Positions 1-13,070 of a stretch of DNA of 64,000 nt are shown one piece after another. Below the pieces are notes generated by a model. That model was not told the origin of the DNA. It saw only the letters and a list, made by a program, of their open reading frames with translations, and ran no database searches. This stretch comes from Camelus ferus (Eukaryota). The position numbers and the translations under genes were made by a program. Numbering within the stretch: position 1 is the first letter of the stretch; each line of letters opens with the position of its first letter. Where the stretch lies: positions 63,428,001 to 63,492,000 of the forward strand of contig NC_045697.1 of assembly GCF_009834535.1 (NCBI RefSeq). The letters run 5' to 3'.

Positions 1-191
1 TGGTGTCCAGTGGGAAAGGTTGGCTAGGCCCTGGTTAAAAGCTCACAACTATTTCAAGGACATTGGATCAGCACTACTCAAAACAAATGGGATTGAGAGT
101 CTAGGAGAAATCACTCCCCAAAGGAAAATTCAAATGTTAACACAGTGAAATGAATTGGATGTTGGAGGCAAAAACACCAGATATCAACTAC
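1..191 (-). mobile_element. Old MaLR LTR remnant (MLT1K/L-like), truncated by the window edge
   Basis: Ends ...aaaaacaccagatatcaactaca, the reverse complement of an MLT1 TGTAG... start, with the typical ccccaaaggaaaattc motif. Confidence 0.5.
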
Positions 192-1499
192 AAGAATGTA
201 TTATAAAGACAAAAACCTTGCATTTTCATTCAGAGACAATGTGCCAGATAGAGAAACCTTACTCAAATTGGTAAGGTTGCTGAGCTTGGAAAGAGCTAGT
301 TCTGATTTAGATATTGTAGTCAATTTGATGTTGCTCTCATTTTGGTTTACTGCCAAGACAGTAAACAAATAAGCATGGGAAATATACTCCTTAAGGAATG
401 AAGTGGGTAGAATCAACTTTCCCATGGTTAACTGGTTCCTCACAAAGGTGTGCTTGAAATTCAGTGGTCAGCACCCTGGACTGGAGGAGCCCAGGGCTGT
501 TGGCTCATTGTCATCTATAGGATGTACCTGATGAAGGACACATATTAGTGCTCAAAAGTCTATCCACTAATATGTAAAGAATGTATTTCTGTGCCATAGT
601 TAGATGCTCTGCATTTCCTTCCTTACTGACTTTTTGGGACAAAAATGTCCAGTGGGACAAACGATGGCAAAATTTAAAATCACCATGTCTAATAAAAGGA
701 AAATATTTTCAAGAAAAGTAGCCCACTTATACTATAGAAATCTAAATTATCCAAAATTCTTTATCAGTAATAACACACTGAGTATTAAAACAGCAACACA
801 CTGTATAACTTGTGGTGTCTATTTTTTACCTAATTTTAGAACTATGAGAATGCATACTCAAATTACATTTACCACATTTGGATGACCATTTAATTTTATT
901 AGACCTCAAGAATTACTTTCTACCATACTTTTTACTCTAACAGCTTAAACAATTTAAATATTTCACTTACATTAAAATCTGTTTATGTACTCAACATATA
1001 TGAGCCAAATGATCGTGTTTCACTTCAAAAAATCCTTACAAGCGAATTTTAATTCTATAGGGCAGATCCATTAATTATGCTTTCAGAGGAGATATAATAA
1101 ATGGATCTGTACTATAGAATTATGGCATTCAGCAAATATTAATAATGCAAACGCACTCTACCAAACACCTTATAAGTACCCAAACAAATAGATCATTTTA
1201 CATAGTTATAGCTTTCCTTCCACATTCCCCTACGGAACAGGGAAGTATGCAAAACAATTTAACATCAGCTTTTTGGTGAAATCTTCATAGAGGATTAAAG
1301 ATTCTTTGGTGGAGAGGTTATGCATCCCATTAAGATGATCTGTCAAAATTTATTTCTATGAAAGTTTTAATACCTTGGAAAGCTTACAAATGAAAGTTTA
1401 GTTATAAAAGCTTAGTTATGAAAACTTAGAAACTATGAGTATATTGACAGTCATGTATTATAATCCTGAAAAGCCTGGTTCTATTGATAATAAAGAATA

Positions 1500-2505
1500 T
1501 TTTTAAATAAACTTTTTATTTTGAAATAGTTTCAGATTTAGAGAAAAGTTGCGCAGATAGTACAGAGAACTCTCATAAACCCCTCATCCAGTCTCCTCTA
1601 TTGTTATCACCCTTCCTCAGCAGAATCCACTTATCACAACCAAGACCCCTTATTGGTACATTACTATTGACTAAACTCAGCAGTTTATTCACATATCACC
1701 AGTTTTCCCTAATGTCCTTTTTGCTGTCTGAGGGTTTTATCCAAGATGCCACTTAGTCATCATATTTCCATAGCGACATAATCTGTAACAGTTCTCAGTC
1801 TTTCCTTGTCCTTGAGGACCTTGACTTTGGTCAGATTTTTGCAGAATGTCCTTCAATTTGAGTTTGTCCAGTATTTTTGTCATGATTGGACTGAAGTCAT
1901 TGGCTTTGGGGAGAAAGACCACAGAGGTGAAGTACTCCTCTTATCATATATCATATTGTCTGCAGGATGTTAACTTTGATCACTTGTTTGAGCTATTGTT
2001 TGCCAAGCTTCTCTACTGTGAAGTTACCTCTCACCCCTTTTCATACTCTACTTCTTGGAAGCAAGTCACTAAACACATCCTAGGGGTGTGGATGTGATGT
2101 TAAGTCCCACCTCTTAAAGAGTTGCAGTATCTACATAAATTATTTGGATTATTTCTGTAAGAGAGATTTGTCTCTTCTCCCCAGTTATTTATTTATTCAG
2201 TTGCTTATTTATTTATACATGATTTTATGATTTTTTTTTTGTTTTATGCTTTTAATTGTACTCCAATACTGTGTTATTTATTTTATTGCTCAGATTGCTC
2301 CAGCTTTGACGCTTGGGAGCTCTCTCACATTGGCTCTTGTGTCCCTTGGGCACACCCCTGCCTTTTATCTTTCAAGCACTTTTGAGCACTTCCTTACTTT
2401 CTGGCACAAGCTGTACATTCTTTGCCTCATCCCAGAAGTCAGCTGTTTCTCCAAGGAGCCCTAGTTCCTTTATTAGAAGAAATCCAATTTCTAGGCATTG
2501 GGCAT
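1500..2505 (-). mobile_element. L1MC-like LINE-1 3' end
   Basis: tttttattttgaaatagtttcagatttagagaaaagttg...tacagagaactctc and gattgctccagctttg...gggagctct resemble the antisense L1MC 3'UTR. Confidence 0.75.
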
Positions 2506-4224
2506 TAATAAAGAATATTTTATTTAATAAAACTGACATATTTTCCCCCAGATCAGAGGAGAAATAAAATATAATTTATAGACTAAAAATATTTTGAATA
2601 CTTGTAAAAATTCTCTCATTTTCATAAATAAAAAGCAACTCCCTAATTCATGAATTAAGGAAAAAGTATTTCAAAGCTGAATTTTCATTTTAATTCTTAT
2701 GTGATTACACAAATGGCTGATTGCAGATTTTATACACAAAGCATCAACTGTATCAAGTGCTAGATTATTTGTGAATCCATTGAGAGTTCTTTATCTCATT
2801 ATATCAAAAGAACAATACTGTGTTTCTCAAAGCTATTACAATGAGTTCATACTTGTATTTATCAGTAATACATATAATATTAGAAGCTGAGAGAGGATGT
2901 GGCATTCAAGTTTCAACAGTGGTTTAGTAAGTATTAATAGTGTCTCATACTCTTCAGTTTCCCTATTTCGTTGGTGACAAGTGTACTGAGTGTCAGAATC
3001 CTCAGGTGTATACTTTGGCCATTGACAGTTGAGCAGTGTCAATTGAATGTGGTTACATTTTCTAACTAAACATTTTAAGCATTATTTGTAGTAAGAGATA
3101 GTATTCCATTTTCCCAAATTTAACCTGGGAAAATTTTTTAGTAATAAAACAAAACTATTTTCTTCCATGCTCATTATTTATTGGGGAAAGACCACCTATT
3201 ACGATTTGCAAATCCTTACTGTTCATTTTCTGGATTTATAAGAAATAAGCTTAACTTTGTATACTTATTTTTTTCTCAACAATAACTTGTAGTAAATATG
3301 ACATCAATGTTGATAGTCAGAGTAGGCACTAAATTGGTAGTCAAAGTTGGTACCAGGGCACTTGAGACTGAAAAATTCACTGAGGTCAGTTATCTGCAAT
3401 TTCCAGCTTCTTAAAAATTGTCCCTGAGTATTCATATACATTTTTATGACCCATCTCATAGGAGCCAAGAAAAGCTCTATTCAGCCTCCCACCACAGTCT
3501 CCTCTAGTGTGGTGTCCTTTTCACTGAAATCTGTCGATCCTCTTCACCAATATTGTGTGGCAGCTCTTCATATGCCAAAATGACACGGTGTTTGCAGACC
3601 ATCTCTATGTGCTTAAATCCTTTTTTTTCCACTGAGAAATTTGAACAGGAGGGGACTGTTCCTCTTGTTCCTCAGAATTTTATTTTAAAAAGCTCTTTTT
3701 ATTTCTACTTGTGCCCTCTTTCTCCTCAGAGATGAATCAACAGTAAGAGAAAGAGTCTGTGAGATGATAGACACATTGCTCTTCTTGGCATTACTGTTCT
3801 CCTCTCCATTTAAAGCTGGCTTTCTTTCCTTCTGCCATCCATTTGTCCAGGAAGTTCCATAAGCAATCACTGTCAGGAGAATCTTTTATATTAATTTTAA
3901 GTTTCCAGTACTTTAGCAAAGACTTCCTCTCCTCCAGCAACACACTCACAAGCAGATAATAGCTTGAAATTTTGGTTTATTCAAATTAAAGTATGGTTAA
4001 GCCACCAGTAACTGTTAGATTCCCATCTCATGTGTGAGACTGGCTAAAATCTGAGGTTACTTGCTTAAATACAAAGTAATCTTCATGAAAATCCTTATAC
4101 TAGAACATGTACAGTACAAATATTAAGATTATTTAATGTTCATTTAACACTAGGAAATTGCAACAACATTTTCAAAGAATAGAATCCTAACTGCTGTGTT
4201 TTTGGCCATCATGTATTGATCTGA

Positions 4225-4700
4225 AGGTTGATAGAAGAAAACATAAGTGAAAATCTTTAAGAACTTGAAGTAGGACAAAATTTCTCAGGTGAAGCACCAA
4301 AAGCATAAACCATAAAAAAACAAACAAATAAAAGACAATTAAGTTGGAAGGCGTTGGTTCTTTTGAAGACACTGCTAAGAAAATGAAGAGATAAGCCACA
4401 AACTGGGTGAAAATATTCAGAATAAATACATGTGACAAAGGATTTGTATCCATATAACCCAATGAAAAAGAAAAGTAGACAAAGTATTTGAACAGACACT
4501 TCACAAAACAGGATATACTTACTAATCATCAATAGTGAGAGAACATTTTGAGGTGGTGAGAATGGTCTGTTTATACCTTGGTTTTGATGGTAGTTATACA
4601 TGTGGGTACATTTGTCAAAACTCATCTAACTGTACATTTTTGAAAGTTATATTTTAGTATAGGTATATTATACTTCAACAAAGTTGATTTAAAGAAAAAG
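4225..4700 (+). mobile_element. Old L1M fragment: ORF2 C-terminal remnant joined to the extreme 3'UTR
   Basis: gacactgctaagaaaatgaagagataagccacaaactggg...gacaaaggatttgtatcc (ORF2-like), then catttgtcaaaactcatctaactgtacattt...ttatacttcaacaaag (L1M 3' terminus). Confidence 0.75.
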
Positions 4701-7217
4701 AGGATGAAGATGATGGATGAGATAGTTCGCAAATGTAGGGAAATTTTATTCTAAAAAACAGCAACAAAGCAAGTAGTTTCTTAAAGCTAGATGAATAGAA
4801 AGAATTCTGAAGAGCAATATGCATGAGAAGAGAGATTCATCAGAATATCTCTGGTCTGCTCAGAAGTAAGTATTTGTCCAGATTTTGGTATTTAACTTAA
4901 AGATTATACTTAATGTTAAACTCAAATTGGAAAAAAATAAAAGAGATCTTAGCATACATGAGATAGAAGTAGAAAGGGGGAAAGTCTACCCAAATAGCAT
5001 TTTAAGCGTATTATTTAATCACCCTAATGTTGGAATGAAGCAGGCATTTACTGTACTTAGAACCAGAAAGCCAAGTTTAAAAACACTCAGATAATCAGAA
5101 TTAGGATTGGCATTTTATAATCTGTCATTCCTTTTGTTGGGATGATTTACGTCTTTTACAGAATAGCTTTTCCATATTCTCATGGGATTGACTGGCACAT
5201 TATTGTGAACCTAACATTTCTTAAGTCTCTGAAATACATTAAAAGCAAATGAAGCCATAATTCTGACAAAATAATTTATGAAGAAAATTATGAAAAAACA
5301 CATACTGTTAGCTTTAAAAAAATCAAATGTAACTTAAGAGTACTTTGTTAATTTGTATTTAGATGTACAGTTGAGTCGGTATTGCTGTCATTGAACGAAA
5401 GGGTAAATGAATTAAAATATGAAGCATGGATAAGATTTGTATCTGAAGGATTTACTATAGTATTTTATCTAAAGGGTGAATAAATGAAACGACACCTAAA
5501 TAACATATCACTGAAACACAAATGGGAAAACAATAAGCTACAAATTAAGATATCTTTTTCCTATTTTTTGCTATATAATTCTCAACTTGAAAATTAAGAG
5601 CAGTTTATCAGATGTCGTCATATAAGATTGATTTGCTTTTTAAAAACACTTTTCTCAAGATTTCCTAAGAGCAATAGAATTAAAGTGTCACACTGTAAGA
5701 TTGATTTGAAAGTTAAAGCTAAAACAAAGTTTTCTCTAAGAATGACATTCAAAGAATCAAGGTTATATGATGCAAATTTTAGCCTGCTTTTCATGGTGCT
5801 TAGAATTGACACATTTATTTCTGGGACTTTGTGGGAGACCTCAACCCTAAAAGAAGTTAATCATGAAGCTTTATTTTGAGCTCTTCTTATGGAAGTTAAA
5901 AAACCTTCATCTGATCCAGGCTTCTAAAATTTCACAACTGAATGCCATCTCTGTCTTTTGAACAAATGATTTTTAAGGACACAATACTTTAAAATGCTAT
6001 GTAAAATATCAGTACTTTAGGAAAATATCAGATAATTCAACTGCGTATGAACTGTACTCTTATCACTTGCTCAGTTTTTCATGAAAAATCTAATGATGAA
6101 AGAAACAGCTGAAGGGTCTTGGTTTTCTATTCCTGTAAAAATATTGCACTCATTTCTTATGTTAGAATCCTGAAGTGAATTCATTCTTAAGAAAACCTCT
6201 TTGTTTCTACATTACATCATATAATCAGATAGTGAAAGTCAGAAATTCACAATATTTCCTGATTTTGATCTAATAAATGGCCAAGAAGCTCTGAATACAT
6301 TTAGAATTTAGTCAGTAACTAACTCACCTCAGGTATCTGGTGCATGTATTTTCCTGTTTCCTTTAGTAAATTATTGTTCAGTTTTTATCTAATTTCCTCC
6401 TTTAGCCATTTAACTCAATGTGCAGGCTTATGTCAATTTCTAAAGTAGGTACATGTTATATTAAAAATTATACTGTGTTTATAGTTCATATCTGTTGTTT
6501 CTGGACTAGACAGTCAGAATTAATCCTACTTTAATGAATATTTAAAATGTGTCCAGTTCATTGTTCATCTGAATAAAATGAACTGAAAATAATCTTTGAC
6601 TAGAAAGAGACTAACGATTTTTAGCAGTTGCAGCATCTATTCTTTGGAAATATTCTTTTGTTGGAATTTAAGTCAGCCAAAGTTATCTGTCTACTTATTC
6701 CCTTATTTCAATCAAAGTTAATTCATGTTTGTGCTTTAATCTTTACTGCAAATTTGTGTCCATGTACATTTGGAAACCAAGCTGAAAAAATTTAGGTGTG
6801 CATTTTTTTCCCCAATGTTTTACTTGCTTATCTACTTAAATGGAAGAATTCCTCTGAGAGAATGAGTTAAGAACATAGTAAAATAACTTCTATTGCTACT
6901 TATTATCAGAATCTTTTTCTTGCTTTTAGGAAAAATAATGAAAAGCTTCTAACCAACATCTCTTTATTTAGGCTAATCGCTTAAGAAGTTTTAATTCATC
7001 ATATTTTTAAAGGACTAGAAGAACAACGTTAGCAACATTCCAATAATTCTCTTATATTTGTGTGAATCTTTTGTCCTTACATTTTTGCTTAGCTGAATGT
7101 AGTAAGAAAATTTCTCAAGAGCTATGAATATGGGAATTTTTAAAATTTAATATTTATTTTGTAATTGTAAATTAATGGTAGATATACTTTTCATGATGAA
7201 TAAAAACTGGGACATAA

Positions 7218-7403
7218 AAATAGATAAAAAAATTTCTTCTGTATAGCACAGAGAACTATATTCAATATCTTGTAATAACTTTTAATGAAAAAGAATATGA
7301 AAATGAATATATGTATATATATATATATGCATGACTGAGACATTATGTTGTATACCAGAAATTAATACATTGTAACTGACTGTACATCAATTAAAAAAAA
7401 AAA
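7218..7403 (+). mobile_element. 5'-truncated artiodactyl/camelid L1 3' tail with poly(A)
   Basis: ctgtatagcacagagaactatattcaatatcttgtaataac...tgtataccagaaattaatacattgtaactgactgtacatcaatt-A11. Confidence 0.85.
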
Positions 7404-7534
7404 CTTGATACAATGATTTAAATCTCCATAAAAGGAAAAAGTGGATAACATATTTGAAAATCAGCCTGAAATTGATTGAAAAACCAACATAGTGAATGAT
7501 TACAGATAGGTTAATTATCAAATAAAGGTAAAAA

Positions 7535-7641
7535 CTATTAAAAAATGAATATATGCCTATTCATATATGACTGAAGAATTGTGCTGTATACCAGAAATTG
7601 ACACAACATTGTAAACTGACTATACCTCAATTAAAAAAAAA
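7535..7641 (+). mobile_element. Second 5'-truncated camelid L1 3' tail
   Basis: tgtgctgtataccagaaattgacacaacattgtaaactgactatacctcaatt-A9, with flanking repeat aaaggtaaaaa at 7524-7534 and 7639-7649 (TSD). Confidence 0.85.
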
Positions 7642-7943
7642 GGTAAAAATATAAGCTAAACAAATATAATACTAAATGTCATCCTAACATAAAATATGAT
7701 TATTATATTTAATAACATGCATGTGAAATGCAAATGTAGAAGTGATAGTTTGACTAATTTCTTGATAATTATTTCTTAATAAAGAATGATTCATTATATA
7801 ATAATAATTTGAATTTTTCTATACCTGTATTTCACTTGTGTATTTGTTTTTTATTTTAACAAGAAGAATTAAGTTCTAAGTTAGGAATAATAAAAATGAC
7901 TACAAAAAAGGACTTTTTTAATTCAATTTTGTTTTTCTTGTAG

Positions 7944-8021
7944 AGTGCAGATATGAGCCCAGCAAGTAGCACTGCTTCACTTCCTGTTAGTCCTCTTACG
8001 GAAGAACCATCGCCTTTCAAG
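7944..8021 (+). CDS. CCSER1: Internal coding exon of CCSER1/FAM190A (serine-rich coiled-coil domain protein 1), 26 aa SADMSPASSTASLPVSPLTEEPSPFK
   Basis: Acceptor ttttgtttttcttgtag (AG 7942-7943), 78-nt open frame, donor AAG|gtaaaa at 8022. The peptide matches my recollection of human CCSER1 SADMSPASSTTSLPVSPLTEEPVPFK. An isolated exon between very long introns fits this gene. Confidence 0.92.
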
Positions 8022-10753
8022 GTAAAATATAAACAAAAAAACTTTTTAAAATAATGTTTATAATATTTTAGTATCTTTAAAAATGCTTATTTTTCTATAG
8101 TAAAATAGTCTATGCATAAATGGTAAGGTTAACTGCTTTACTCTTTAAGGATCTTATTTTAAATGTTAAAATTTTATTATTGTTTTGCTCTTTTGTCATT
8201 CTAGTTGCTAAATAAAGGTAAAGCTTTGGATAGAAAATAATAGTTTAAATAACACATTGTTTGCCTTGCATGGAAGAGACAGTGTTCAATGTAATAGTTT
8301 GATGTCACATGAATTATAGGTTTCAAATCTTTTATTTATATTAATTTAAGAAATGAGTATGGCATCAAGTAGTTACATTTTCATTAGCTGGTTAAATTTT
8401 CATTGATGACTCTAGGTCATTATTAATTAATTGTGTATTCTTTACAAAATAATGGTCAAAATCAAGAATTGAAATATGAAATAATTCCTCCAAGCATTGA
8501 ATTTTTAAAATATTTTAGAAAATATGCAAATAAGTATTTAAGTAGTATGATTAAAATAGAATTCTTCAGTTTGGGAGGCTATATATATTACAAATATGAA
8601 ATCATATTAACTAACATATTTACCTTGTTTTGCTATTTAAGATTAGGAGTTTCTCTTTAAGCCAGAACTTGTAGATCAACTATTTTATATTTGTAACAGG
8701 GATGTTTGGATTTCATTAAGATTATTGTAAATAAAGGCACTCTTTAAAATCATGGGAACGAAAAAAACCTTGGAAAGTTGGAATGATGCAATTTACTGAC
8801 ATGCAGTAGTTTCAGTTAGGTTGATTTAAAGACAGGTAAATACACATTTTGGGGTTCATTATGAAGATTTGTATTTTATCATAAAATTGTCATTGTTTTT
8901 CATATGAAGACTAAATCTTATTCAACTTCATATTGCTTATAGATAGTTCAGTGGCTGGCATGGATTTCCATATATTTAATATTTGCTGTATTGAATAAAT
9001 GAAAATAATAGAAGGTTATAAATTCCACTTTAGTTTTCTAATTATAGATGTTTTGTTACATAATGATAGTAATAATTGTTAAAGGCTTATTTTATATTAG
9101 AGAATTATTAAATACTAAATAGTATTCTGATTACATTATTTATTGAGAAATATTTTCTCATTCTACAGAAAAAGGAGAAAATAATATTGTTTCAAAGTTT
9201 AGTATTCCTTAATATTTCATCTTATGGTGTGTGGAACAAAATTTACAGAAGAATCATATTCTTAACAAGTTTTTAATTGAGTTATCAAAGTGTCACTAGA
9301 AACCATTTTCTCTTTTTAATATATTGATTATGACTGCCCTCTTTGAAAATTAATGTATTTTTTAATGTTGGTTAAAGGAAAGATCAGATATATTCTAAAA
9401 TCTGCTGATATAAATCTAATATAAATATAATTATTTTAGTTTCTCAGACTGATTCTAAGATATCAACAGTGTGCCTGTGTTAATGTGTATAAGTGGCTTT
9501 ATATGCAGTTAAAACTTCCAAGTGCTTATAATAGATAATATTGGCTTTTGGTAACCAATATAGTTACAGAATCTCTTAATTTACTTCTTCTGTGAGAAGA
9601 ATACTATTTATATTTTTTCAAAACAGTTTTATCAGATGTAAAATCACCTGCACTTGCTTCTTTTATCTTTAGTTTATAAACTGTTATCATTAAATAAGTA
9701 ATAGAAATCTTACTTATCCTTATATAAACCCAAACATACAGAAACTATTTTGAGAGACACACTTAGCAGTATAGTACATTTTAATTGCAAAAAAATGTGT
9801 CAAAAAGTAAAACACACAGGAGATATTAAAGTTTTCTGATACCCATACCCTGAAAAATCCTAATTACTGTAATTCATTTGTATCTAAAATTTTATTGATA
9901 ATTTTGATATTTGACCAACATGGTAAATATAAAAAAATTGAATATCTTTTTTTCTCATTCCCCAAGAATGTGGCATGATTTTTTCTGTTAAAATAAGATT
10001 AATTATCTTTAAGTCTTTAGGTTTTCTTTTCTAAAATAGTGATTCTAAAACCCAACTTCATAACCACCTGCCCTAGTATTAAAGAAGTAAGACCTTTGAA
10101 AGAAAAGTTTTGGTGGCTGATTAAAAGACTTAATTATATCTTTTCTCCTGGGAAGGAATTAGGTTAATAAAAGAAAGTATTCCATCCCTTTTCTTGGTCT
10201 GTTTTAGAAGCACCCATTCAATAGTTAGAGGGAGATATCCTGTTTTGGCTCAAGTGTGTATTAAGGTAAATGCTTTCCTTTAAATATCTTTAGAATGACA
10301 TTCAGATTAAATTAACTTTAACCATACCATTTGACATAATGACAAATGGTATGCTATATATTTAAAACATTTTTAGTAATTACCTCCCCACTAATATCTC
10401 TACCTGTATTATTGACTCAAATGTTAGAAGAGAAATTGGCTATCAGTAGGAATGTACCATAGTAGGATCTATTAAATTAAATGTAGAAGAAAACTGGGTA
10501 GCATCCTGGAGACCTTTCCAAGGAGTCATGAGAGGTAGGTTTAGCTTTGGAGATACATGAATCAAAGATGACAGTTAAATTTTGTTTGGGATCAGATGCT
10601 TCTTTTTCCCAATAAGACACTATTTTTCAACACTATTAGTATTGGAGCACATACTTCAACTTAATTTTTAAACAAAAACAGATCTGTTCTGAAAGATAGT
10701 CCAAGCCCATGTACTTACTCACAACTCTATTCTCTTTACAGAGCAGATCACCT

Positions 10754-11029
10754 CAGGCTAAACTTCTTGCACTTACCGTTTAAAACCCAATGCTGTAGTG
10801 TTTTGTTTGGCTTAGCTAGTCATTCAAAAATGAGGGTATTTCTCACAAAAGTCCATCTAGTCTTCCCTTAATCAACTGCAAGATCTGGGAACTCTGTGCC
10901 TTTCTTCCAGATAGAACTGACTGATCAGAGATAAGTAGGGTTTTTCCATCTGGACAGGGCATATGAATACCATGGTCATCACCATTCCCTATTCATGTCG
11001 GCCATGAAAGCATTTGAGTGAATCCCCTC
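10754..11029 (+). mobile_element. MER102-like hAT-Charlie DNA transposon remnant
   Basis: Motifs tgttttgtttggc, aagatctgggaactctg, gacagggcatatg, caccattccctatt and gcatttgagt occur in the order of the recalled MER102 consensus. Confidence 0.6.
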
Positions 11030-11756
11030 ATAAGAAAAAGATGTATAATTCACAATCCTCCACGTATTCCACAAGTAATAAACTCACAGATTTCCCAGTC
11101 AGACTCTTGGTGCTGAGAAGTTCCTAGGAGCCCAGGTTTTTATAATTGTGCAGACTCTTGTTATGGACACATATTTGAAGACAAAGGGAAAATGCCTAAC
11201 TTCAATTTTAATAGAATAGTCAGCATTACATAAAATATATATACATGGTCTGACACATGCCACTACATTATTATAAAAAGGCCAAGGGCTCATTAATTTC
11301 ACCTGGGTGGAATAATGTTTTATCAAATAATCACAATAGAATCATAATAATTCAAGATAATTAATCTGAGGCTTCAATATGAGGAAAAAGGGAGTAGACT
11401 GCTTAACTGCTAATTAAGAGTTTTAGTTTTTCTGTAGAATGATCAAGCTGACTTGTTAACTTTGACATGCCCATTCTACCTATTCTCCTTCTTCCCTCTG
11501 CCATCCTCCCTGATTTCTCTCAAAAATCTCATCTACCTCCTCTCTCCCAATGCTGGCCTCAGTCAGATGTCCCACACCAAAGATGCCTTTGGGCCACCAA
11601 ATATTACTGTTCCTTAGTAGGATGACCCTTTTAATTTATTTGTACATACACAGTTATTAACAGCCTCAATCCATTCCTGGAACTAGCATTCTTGAAGCTA
11701 AAGCTGGCTTATTGTTCCTGACCATCACCTCCATTTATAGTACATCATGGGCCATG

Positions 11757-11790
11757 TTTCGTTTGTTTGGTTTTTTTGTTTGTTTGTTTT
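11757..11790. repeat. (GTTT)n imperfect microsatellite
   Basis: tttcgtttgtttggtttttttgtttgtttgtttt. Confidence 0.7.
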
Positions 11791-12851
11791 GCCAGCTGCA
11801 TTCATCATGTATTTTTAAATTCATTTGTACTTAAGTGAAGTATGATAGCTACATTTTAGTCCCCTTTACTATCAAAAGCATCTTTTCTTTGATTAGATAA
11901 GTTAAAAAAAAAGTGTTATCCTGCCTTATGCTTTTATCCTTATCCTGTGATAAAGTCAACAGAAGAGAAACAAATTCAACTCTACTTGTCTTTAGACGTT
12001 GTTTCAAAGGTGAACCAAGAATATCTGCCAGTCATCAATCTTCAGTTAAAGTCTTAAAATAAGCAAAAACAATTCATTGCCGTTCTTGGCCCATTAACTG
12101 CTGCTTTTCTGGGATACATGGATTCCTGGCATGTGTAACAAGGTTGGGTATCCAGTGCCTAGAATGCACAATGGAGCCACTCTCCCTGAAGTCCAATCAT
12201 CTTCCCCAGAAGCTGACACAGTGTTGTGCTAGGCTTTTTCCTGGGTCTCCTCTCCTTGTACAATCCAAGGTTCTCTGACTCTTTTTCCTCATTTCCAGAA
12301 ATCAGCACTTAATCTTGACTAGAGAAGCTCTCTCTTTTCATATTTCCCTCAGAGATTATCCCTCTTTCCTCCAACCAGCTAGAGCACTGGAAAAATCTCT
12401 TCCAAATATGTTATAGAACTGAGGAAAGCAAGTATCTGAAGATTCTTCTGCCCAGATACACACACCTTATTTTAAAAAGCACAAAGCCACCTTACTTAAA
12501 CAAGGGACAGAGAGGAAGAAATAGAGAAATACATTAAAGTCTCAAAACATTTATCCTGCCATGCAATGTAGGGATGTTAGAGGGAGAATGATGCTTAACT
12601 ACACTTGAACATGGAGCCTAAACTCAGGACTTAGTAACATGCAGTAACACACATAGTTTGCTCTCAATTATATAACATAAATATTGTGTAGGAAAAAATC
12701 CAGAAAATAAAGAGTTATCAACCATCAAATATTTGGATGGATCATACTTAATTTTTTTCCTATAGTCTCTATAATGACCACTTATTTCTCTTTTAAGAAT
12801 AGTATTTACTTTTAAGAAAGCAGAAAGGAGAGTTCAGAACATTAGAGGCAA

Positions 12852-13070
12852 TGTAACCTAGTGAAGAGACTACCTGGGATCAAATCCCAGTTTGCTACTT
12901 TATATTTGTATGACCTTGAGCTAGTTTTTTGTCTCAATTTTTCCATCTATAAAATGGGAACAACAGCAACCACTTCTTCATTGTGTTCTTATAAGGTTAA
13001 ACAAGTTATTAAATAGAAAGTGCATAGAACAGAACGTAATAAACAATATATAAGTGTTAACTATTATTAC
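12852..13070 (+). mobile_element. MIR SINE
   Basis: cctgggatcaaatcccag...tgtatgaccttgag...tctcaatttttccatctataaaatggg (MIR core). Confidence 0.8.

Noticed and set aside
1355..1440. Degenerate tgaaagttt/aaagcttag repeats
   Set aside because: Low-complexity slippage with no constant repeat-spacer structure, so not CRISPR-like.
4187..4625. Overlapping 105-aa and 122-aa minus-strand ORFs
   Set aside because: Antisense to a decayed L1; composition reflects T-rich DNA.
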